DNA of 64,000 nt from Octopus sinensis (Eukaryota). Both the position numbers and the translations under genes were made by a program. This document shows positions 54,699 through 64,000 of this stretch, piece by piece; the stretch's first letter is position 1; the number at the start of each line of letters is the position of its first letter. The notes below the pieces were generated by a model. The model had not been told where the DNA came from. It saw only the letters and a list, made by a program, of their open reading frames with translations, and ran no database searches. The stretch lies in the NCBI RefSeq assembly GCF_006345805.1, contig NC_043004.1:88412001-88476000 (forward strand), given 5' to 3'.

Positions 54699-56180
54699 GT
54701 CATATTATGTCGCAACATACATATCCTATTCTATAAGATTATGTTTCAAAGTTGTTGGTGTGTTGGAACTGACAATTTCCCGGGTCTACAGTTTGCATGA
54801 GAAACCGATCGAGCCCTCTGTATTAACAGGGAATAGATCTAGAACAAATTATTCGAGTTAACTGAGTAGAAACCAAGACTCGTATCACAAAACTAGGTTA
54901 TAGTTAAACACAAGGAGAACGTTAATTTCTGAGGGTACTCCAGAGTTGGTACTCTTAAAAACTGATCCTGCTGAGTTCACTTACCATTTCCTCGTAGCTT
55001 CTAAGAATCTCTTGTTGCTAAAGTGTAACAACGTTGTTATATTTTGATCTATCCTGTACATGAATAACAGGACACTTGTTGCTTGGTAACAACCGAGTCC
55101 TAAAGCATGTCGATACAAGTATAATACCGATTTTCCGGACTCTGACTATCAGGAACATTTTATAATCAGTACGAATTTGCACTACTAATTTTACGCGAAT
55201 GTATAAGTACCAGTATACCAGTATTTCATTTATTCATTTAAGTACATTTAATAATTGTTTAATTTACGGCGTGTCGCCTATGGTGACCACCCTTGGTTCG
55301 GAAAAATCAGTAACCCGAAAAGACGTCGGAATGAGGTGTTGCGTAAAATCGCTGCTGTTCTTGTACTACCACAGAAATCCACAATCTACTGATTACAAAC
55401 CACATTGCTTTCTTGATATAAATCGTAAAAGGAGGAGTTGTCTCCGACTGTTGGATAATTTATAGAACCCCGATTAATAGTCAATGTCCACCTCCATAAA
55501 ATAATGTAATAAAAATATGTATTGATAGTTCAAAATTTGACAAAAATACAAGAGTAACACACGCGCACACACACACGCGCGCGCACACACACACACAAAC
55601 ACACACAATCTCACATATGCACGTGCAGATGCACACACACTTGTTAAATCTTGCATATCCTGACCCTAAAACTTATTCATACCCCACCTTAAAGAGGTGC
55701 GACCTTCCTGATCTAGATAAAACGTGTTTGTTTACGTGATACGAGTCAGCCGCATTAGGACACTAAAGCAAGCTTGCTATCTCGGTTTCTTAGAACAGCT
55801 GTTGTCGTGGATGTATAGCCTGAGGTCATCCCTGATTAAAAGCTTTCGGCTTGTCTTTTTTCGTAGACTGCGTACCCAGGGTTGCATTATTAGATGCGTC
55901 CTTCCGTTTTAATTTAGTAGAACTATTGTCGAGTGTATTCCAACCGAGACCATCCTGTCGTTTTTGTGTCTCCAACCGAGACTGCGTTATCTAGCATTAC
56001 GTAAAATGATCGCGCATAACTTGAGAGAAATTTGTGTGCTATTACTAGAAGATGGAGCAACCGCGTTCAGGCATTCTCTCGACTCGTCTTAAGGAAATGA
56101 AGATACATTCGATGTGGAGTTAAAGAATTGTATTATGGTTACTTATGATGCCTAGTTTGTAGCCTTATATTTCTTACACC

Positions 56181-56390
56181 GGAGGCAACGAGCAGGCACA
56201 ATTGTTAGCACGCGGGGTAAAATGCTTAGCGGCATTTTGTCCGTCTTTATGTTTTGAGTTCAAATTGCACCGAGGTTAACTTCACCTTTCACTTTTCGGG
56301 GTCGATAAAATAAATGCAACTTGAGCACCAGGGCCGATGTACTTGACTCACCCCACCACTCGAAATTGCTGGCCTTGTACCAAGATTTCA
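56181..56390 (+). mobile_element. SINE family A
   Basis: gttagcacgcggggtaaaatgcttagcggc...tgagttcaaat...ggggtcgataaaat. Confidence 0.75.
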
Positions 56391-57269
56391 GAGTAAATTT
56401 TCTTATACTGTGCTGCGAAAGAATCTGTTTTGATTTGGGCTAAAAGAAATATATTCCGACTAAAAATTCATCAAGCCAAGCCAAACGAAAGCGAAGATTT
56501 CATTGTTGCTACTGCAAAGAGATTTTTCAATTTACCACATTTTCTTTCTTTCTTGCTTTATTTTATCTATCTATCTATTTCTTTGTTAAAATCATTAACA
56601 GATCTGATGACCTAAGCCATTAACGCTTGATGATCTAATGATCTAAACGAATAACGGATAACACTTTCTAGACATTTTTAATTATTGCTTCAAGTGTGAT
56701 ATCTGATTCGTTTTGAATGATGGAGTTAGCTTGACTCCTAACTGTTGATAACACATTATCCTATCTTGTGACGACAATACCAATGAAATGCTGTCGGCAT
56801 GACTTAATCGATAAAATAATGAATTCAAAATCGCGGTTTCAATACTTAATATCTGCAAGGTATTTAATGTGAACCACTGTTTAATATTCATTAACAGATT
56901 GTAATCTGGGCTTCATCTTCATCAGTGTTGTTAATATCATTAGTTTTTTTTTTAATATTTCATCGTATTCGTTTTCTTGATCTCTTCGTCTAACACTAAT
57001 GTCAAAGCAAATTTCTTTTCCTCTTCCAACATAACTTAGAAATCGACAAGATGTTGTTGAATTTAGATTTCTGTTCATCGGATCATGAGAAGGTCAAAGT
57101 AACCTCTTCTCCGTGAAAAAAATTGAATGAAACAAGCGACCAGCTAACTATAAAAAAGCTATAATGCTGTTCACACTTAATGTTTTAATTAATAACACAG
57201 TGGTTCGTGAGTGTTCAACTATGGCGTTACAGAATAAATCCGGGATGAAAATCAAGCGATAAAAAATAC

Positions 57270-57505
57270 CATTGGATGTTGAGCCGTAGGTGAACCCTGA
57301 TCAATCAGACCTTTAATCCAACGACTTCCAGCTGGGGCAAACATCTTTTTATTATATTTATTATATTCAAATAGCAAAGAGCTTTTTTTTGCAACATCGT
57401 GCAATCCAGAGCATCATTTCCCCGTAAGAGTGTAGCGAGTGATTTGACGAGAGATTTGGCAGCGATTTGTGGCAAGTCGAGCGACCACGATGACGCTTCA
57501 TTGTT
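57270..57505. repeat. Old unclassified dispersed repeat
   Basis: The gagatttggcagcgattt...gcaagtcgagcgaccacg motif recurs, degenerate, at ~10850 and ~56020; the left part resembles 43620-43690. Confidence 0.4.
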
Positions 57506-57630
57506 GACTCTTCCTCGGTTGTTCGTACTGTTGTTTAATCTCAGATCAGCTCCGTTCCAGCAGACATGCACACACACACACACACACACACGCGCGCGCA
57601 CACACACACACCACACACACACACACACAC

Positions 57631-57675
<45 letters not shown>

Positions 57676-58149
57676 GACAAGAATGGCTTAAAATCTTCGA
57701 AGTCACTGTCAATAATATTTTTGTTTAAGAATGATAAATTTGTTCTCTACAAAATTTTAGATTAACCAATCAGATTAATGTAAAATTGTTTTTATTATAA
57801 TTGAACATAAAAGAAACACACACACACACACACGCACACACACACATATACATATATATATACATATATATACGTCCGCATGTGTATCTGAGTGTGTGCG
57901 TGTGTATACGGGTGTCTATGACGTGTGCCTACTGGCGTTTGTCTCACACCGCTTGACAGTTCATATGCTTTGTTTACATCGTCTTAAATTTGAAGTTCGT
58001 TAAAAAGAAATACATCAAATATATTTGATTAACTAAAGACATAAAGGTAATACTTCGGGTTGGCCACATTTCAATGCTTGATACAGGTAAAAGAGAAACC
58101 AATATGAAGGCAAGCGACAGTGTAAGACTGAATTTTTTATAAAAATAAT

Positions 58150-58575
58150 AGATTTTAAAGCGGTGTTATTGTATGGGGCTGAGACATGGCGAACAACAGT
58201 TAAGTCAAATAAGCAAATGCAATCATTCATGAACAGATGCTTGCGTAGTATACTTAAAATTAGATGGCCCGAACACATAAGCAATATGGAGCTATGGCAA
58301 AGAATAAAATCGAGTTTCGATTAGGGAGCAAATATTTAAGAAAATGTGGAAGTGGATTGGTAGCACAATTAGAAAAGACACACCAAATATAGCGAAAAGT
58401 GGAATCCGAATGGATATAGAAAGAAAGGTAGGCCCAAGAACTTGTGGCGTAGATCAACACAAAAGGGACTAGGGAAAGGGGGACATTCATGGCAATAAAT
58501 GAAGAAGCGAAAGATTATGCGACATAGAATTCAATTATATGTGGCCTATACTTCGCGTTGGAGGGTTAAAGGCAG
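58150..58575 (+). mobile_element. RTE-clade LINE 3' fragment, degenerate
   Basis: KAVLLYGAETWRTTVKSNKQMQSFMNRCLRSILKIRWPEHISNMELWQR, followed by WKWIG. Confidence 0.85.
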
Positions 58576-59070
58576 AAAAAAAGTAGATTTTAAGGAGCAA
58601 GAGCCGTAAATGCGAAAAATTGAATCTGATGTCTCATTCTATTTTCTGGTTACAACAGTTAACTATTGTTTTATTCGTTTATTTGTTTAAGTCATTGGAT
58701 TTCGGCCATGCTGGCCTCCTCCTTGGTTTAGGGTTTAGGCTAAAATAATCGCCACCACGCCCCAGTACGTATTTTCTAAAGAGTGATATTTATTCAGGAG
58801 AGCTCATTGGCTGAACCTCTAAGTTCTGCAGACTGAAACAAAACAACACCGTTTCTCAATCTGTAGGGGATAAACAAAACGTAATACACACATATATACC
58901 CCACCCTTATTTGTATGCTTATATATATATATAAGAATATTTATGCAGTTTTACATGCCTATATGTATATATATGTATGTATATGCATGGACATACATAT
59001 AAATATATAACATGCTAGACCGCTGAAATCTATAAGCTTTATTTTTCATTCTCTGTCTATTTTCTCTTAT

Positions 59071-59109
59071 TCTTTTCTGTTGAAGAGCGTAGGTTCGAAA
59101 CATAAAAGA
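59071..59109 (+). ncRNA. Short-stem-III hammerhead-like motif (family H)
   Basis: tctttt CUGUUGA a gagc-gtag-gttc GAAA CA UA aaaga. Confidence 0.5.
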
Positions 59110-59654
59110 CTTTTTCATTTTTCCCGAGTGTCAAACTAATACACTATCGGAGTTCATACCCCTGTCTACGTCTTTTGTTTTTCTATAAATTTCAACTGAG
59201 CTGGGTCCTCGACTATAAATGGCCGCATGTCATACATTTGGCACATCTGTAGTAAAGTGTTACTTCGTCGATACAGCTTAGCAGCTGTTTCACCGGGCAC
59301 AAATTACTCATATCACCAGGAGAGACAGGAACATCAAAACACACCTCCTCTGATATCAGTAATTAATAGACCTCTTTAAGGATGCTACCAGTTTACAGAT
59401 GTCACTGATTATGGATTAGAAAAGAAAAATCTCCAAATTGAGATTTAATTCATTACCAGAAATAAATGGTTATAAACTATGGATAACGTAGGTAATGAGC
59501 AGTTAAAAATGAATATGAAAATAAATAGTACAATCTGACAATTTCTTTGTGAATGGAGTATATCGATATGGGTTTTGTTTCTGATGTGGTTTTTGTTAAT
59601 TGTTATGGAAATAATGGCAAGTGAGATGGCAATAAAAATTGCGATGGCGGTGAC

Positions 59655-59690
<36 letters not shown>

Positions 59691-59825
59691 AGTGGTAGTG
59701 GTGGTGGAGGATCACCATCAATATACGAAAAATAGCAATATAGGAATACAACTAAAGTATAGGTACACAATAACAACAACAACAACACAACAACAACAAC
59801 TATAACAACAACGATTGATAATAAT

Positions 59826-60259
59826 CCTTTCTACTATAAGCACAAGACCTGAAATTTGGAGGAGGGACATGTCGATTATATCGACCACAGTGGGTAACTG
59901 TTGTTTATGTCATCGACCCCGAAAGTACGAAAGGCAGAGTCGACCTCAGCGGAAATTGAACGCAGAACGTAAAGACGGACGAAATGCCGCTAAGCATTTG
60001 CCCCAGCGTACTAACGGTTTTACCAGCTTGCCGCTTTAATAATGATAATTATAATCATCTTTCTACTATAGACACAAGGCCTGAAATTGGCGGAGAGGAC
60101 TAATCGATTACATCGACCCAAGTGTTTCATTGGTACTTAATTTATCGATTTCGAAAGGATGAAAGACAAAGTTGACCTCGGCGAAATTCGAACTCAGAAT
60201 GTAACGACGGGCTAAATATCGCTGAGCATTTCACCTGGTCAGATAACGATTCTGTCAGC
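59826..60259 (-). mobile_element. Two tandem SINE family A copies
   Basis: Both begin (plus strand) ctttctactata...cacaag, at ~59827 and ~60059, separated by TAA. Confidence 0.85.
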
Positions 60260-61040
60260 AATAATAGTTATAATAACAGTTCCTTTATTGGCCAGGCCAA
60301 ATGAAAAAGACAGTGGGGATTTATATATAACACTGTTGACATTAAAAGCAGTGACAATTCACAAGAAAGTTTTATCGACAAAATTCTCCAAAAGGAGATA
60401 AACGCCATTCAAGAGCAACCAAGGAACACCAAATATCCTCGGTCATCTCTTCTCTTTATATATATATATCTACACACATATATATATACACATATATATC
60501 TACATATATACATATATAGTAAAAATAATTGAAAGGGCTAGCAACAGGAATATGAAAATAAATAGTACAATCTGACAATTTCTCTGTATATGGAGAATAT
60601 ATCGATATGGGTTTTGTTTCTGATGTGGTTTTTGTTGTTATGGAAATAATAATGACAAGTGAGATGGAATTAGAAATGGCAGTCAAACACTGTTTTTTCC
60701 ATTTTCTATAAGTGGAGATTCCAAATACGATGGACCCCGCGGTTCACATACACAAAATCGGTGTAGCAAATAAACGAAAACAATCTCTTACCGTTAATAG
60801 TGAACATGTTTCTAGATCACAAGCTCGGAAAATAGCTTGATTTCCTTTGTCAACACTATATTCGATAGATTTACCAAATGCCACAGGCCCTCACTTCTGA
60901 CCAAGCAACATCAGATACTGGGGGGAAGTGTGCAGATGTTAAAACTAAGTAATGACAGGGAACGTAAATTCTCCCTCCAAAATTCTGCCATGCGCGCCGT
61001 CTGGGTGATCGCAATGGAATAAGGAATCCACATGGTAATG

Positions 61041-61186
61041 CAATAAAAATGGTAAATAATTTTTCAGTAATTTTTCATATAACCAACAATTATTTACCGG
61101 TAGTCATATTTACATACCGAAATTTACCGGTAAATAATTGTTGGTTATATGAAAAACCACTGAAAAATTATTTACCATTTTTATTG
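61041..61186. repeat. Near-perfect inverted repeat (62 bp arms, 22 nt spacer)
   Basis: 61041-61102 versus 61125-61186, with two mismatches. Confidence 0.9.
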
Positions 61187-61284
61187 TATATACATATATA
61201 TGTACATATATATATATAAATGTATATATATTTATGTATATATATATAAATATGTACATATATACATATATATGTATATATATA

Positions 61285-61376
<92 letters not shown>

Positions 61377-61709
61377 GTATATATATGTGTGTGTATGAAT
61401 ATATATATATATATATTTATGTATAAACTTATGTGTATGTATAAATAAAATTATATGTATGTGAGTATGTATGTATGTATGTATGTATACATGTATCATC
61501 AGACATTTTTTCGTTGAAAAAGGACAAGAAAATAGCAGTAGGTGTTATTTAATAAAAAAAATAGAATGCTTTATATGAGTGACGTTTAATTTGTTTACTA
61601 AGTTTCTCTCACGTCAACTGAATATTGATCAGAACAGCTTATTCACACATACATACATACATACATACATACATACATACAACATACATACATACATACA
61701 TACATACAT

Positions 61710-61740
<31 letters not shown>

Positions 61741-61942
61741 AACACACACATAGATACATAGAACGAAAGTGTTTGCCCGTGTCTGTGTGCACCTACCCAT
61801 ACATATAAATAGATAACTGTAGACATATGCACGCGCATACACACATGCGTGCAAAATACTTGCGTGTATACTATGACGTTTGTAAGTACTTGTATATCTT
61901 CCTGGTTGGGTGAATGCCTGTTTCAAAGTAATTTGTTCATTT

Positions 61943-62005
<63 letters not shown>

Positions 62006-62064
62006 GTATGTATATATGTATGTATGTATGTATGTATGTGTGTCTGTATGTATGTATATATATG

Positions 62065-62125
<61 letters not shown>

Positions 62126-62375
62126 CATATACATACATACATACAGACACACATACATACATACATACATACATACATACATACATACATACATACATAA
62201 ATTCATCTCCCTTTTGTGTTCCCAGTACTCGGCATCCTAATTTAGGAGCCCTTAATTGTATTACTACATGAATAATATTTTTCTTTATGATTAATATTTT
62301 GTCTTATGACTAATTCGTCTTTTGTGCTGGGCACCTGGTAGTAACTAATTATTACTACCCTTTTTGTTTATATTC

Positions 62376-62419
<44 letters not shown>

Positions 62420-62507
62420 AGAGTTTACGAAGAAAAAACAAAAGACAAAGACAGGTGGTTTACAAAACAAACAGATCTATTAGTAGAACGCTCGTGAATA
62501 TAAAAAG

Positions 62508-62545
62508 TCTTTTACGTTTCGAGCCTACGCTCTTCTACAGAAAGG
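62508..62545 (-). ncRNA. Short-stem-III hammerhead-like motif (family H)
   Basis: cttt CUGUAGA a gagc-gtag-gctc GAAA CG UA aaag. Confidence 0.6.
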
Positions 62546-63185
62546 AGCAGAGAAAAAAAACGAGGAGAGAAACAGGGAGAGAAAAGAATCTGTGTAGTCG
62601 CTAACGATCTATCATGGTGATATATATATATCATACATACATACAAAATATTTGGCACCACTTCAGTATCCTTTACATCTAAGTTCACAATCCTAACCAC
62701 TCCCTCCCACTCTTCCCGTCAAAGAACTATGTCCAACGCTGGTGGTCAGAATTAGGATAAAGTATCAGCCGTCAGCGATTTCTTTTCCCTTATTTATTTG
62801 TCTATATCTCTATGTTCCCCAAACTCTTTCGACAAACATGCCCTTACTATAAAGACTAGTATATATCTACTCTACTGCTTCTGCCTTTCTGTCTTCCCTC
62901 AATCTTTAGTATAATATTTCCTACTCAATCTTAAATCAGTCTTCATTCAATCATGGAAGTGGTAATTCTACAATTCCTTGCTAAGGATGATTATCGGACA
63001 TTTTTCTTCGGAATTGCTGATGGACCTTACCTACAGCTTTATAACTATATTATTTCTGCAATCGATCATGGAACTGTATAACATATCTATTTCAATCCGA
63101 TTCTTCCTTTATTTTTGACAAACTGGAAAATACTAATATCCTCGATTAGGGATATTTCTTCGTTTTTATATTTTTCTTACTTCTC

Positions 63186-63273
63186 CCTCCCTGATGATGG
63201 AATATCTAGCTTATGGAATCCTTACACAATATCACGATCCATATGCTTGGCTATTCTAGAAACAGATGTAAGG
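63186..63273 (+). ncRNA. Type I hammerhead with an extended stem II
   Basis: CUGAUGA tggaata..tatgg..atc / gat ccata..tattcta GAAA CAGAUG UA agg; stem I is imperfect. Confidence 0.6.
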
Positions 63274-63378
63274 TATTCTCTCTGTTTATATTCTTTATGT
63301 AAATTAAATGTTTCTTTCGAGTGATGCGAAATATTTTGCTTTTTTCAGCTTTTATCTTAATCTATATCCACCTGCTCA

Positions 63379-63488
63379 ATGAGAAACTACCTCTATCCAC
63401 CTTCGATTGGCAGTTCAAGCTGGGGTTTTAGTGGTAAATCAAACTGAGCACTCATAGAACATACCTATTACATTACTTCAGCTGACGA
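63379..63488 (+). ncRNA. Degenerate rearranged hammerhead-like motif (copy E)
   Basis: atgag...ggta...ctga gca ctcat a GAAC atacc...tcag CUGACGA; same strand order, but the cleavage triplet is eroded. Confidence 0.35.
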
Positions 63489-64000
63489 AAACTCCTTATA
63501 TTATATTATATTACATTATATCATATATTATATATATCATTATATGTATGTATGCGTGCTGGCGTTACTTAACGGTTGCGTATGCTTAAACGGGCTTCAA
63601 TATTGTGTATGCGTAAACATACATCCTTGTCTGTGTTAAATAATTGCATTCCAGCTGTCGATTATTTCCCGTTGAGTCTTCCATAGATTTTACTTAAGTC
63701 GCATTCAATAAACCGGTGTTGTTCTCTAGGAACAGAAATGACGTATTGGACACCTTCAGCAAGACAATGTTGTAACTATAATGCCGAAAATGGTTTTAAG
63801 AGTTGCGTGCAGAAACCGTCACGCGACAAACAGCGAAGAGAATGGTTAGAGAGGTAGAAGCAGAAATAAAATAAAATAAATAGAAATACATTCTCAAGAG
63901 AAAAGATTTGAAAGAAAATTGTGTAAGAAAAGAAGTGTACGTCGATAGAAAAATAAAGTAGTTCCATTAGCGATTCGATCTTAAAGTCGATATATGTACA

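Overview
A 64 kb AT-rich eukaryotic window dominated by microsatellites, most likely from an octopus or other cephalopod (inferred from repeat content, not verified). I find no host protein-coding exon, rRNA, true tRNA or CRISPR array, and almost all listed ORFs are translations of simple repeats. The window holds (i) a near-complete but dead R4/Dong-type REL-endonuclease LINE plus a 5'-truncated copy, both ending in (TAA)n; (ii) two Penelope-like elements (PLEs) with RT and Cys-rich GIY-YIG remnants, plus many short terminal-repeat derivatives embedded in (TA)n; (iii) several tRNA-derived SINE families and five copies of a ~555 bp TAA-flanked non-coding element; and (iv) mariner, pogo, Helitron and RTE remnants. 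The most interesting signal is RNA. There are about 13 minimal type I hammerhead motifs, including two families with a covarying U3-A8 core. There is also a recurring four-helix pseudoknotted motif that has all hammerhead catalytic strands in a non-circularly permuted order, with helix covariation among dissimilar copies. All ribozyme calls are by eye and untested.
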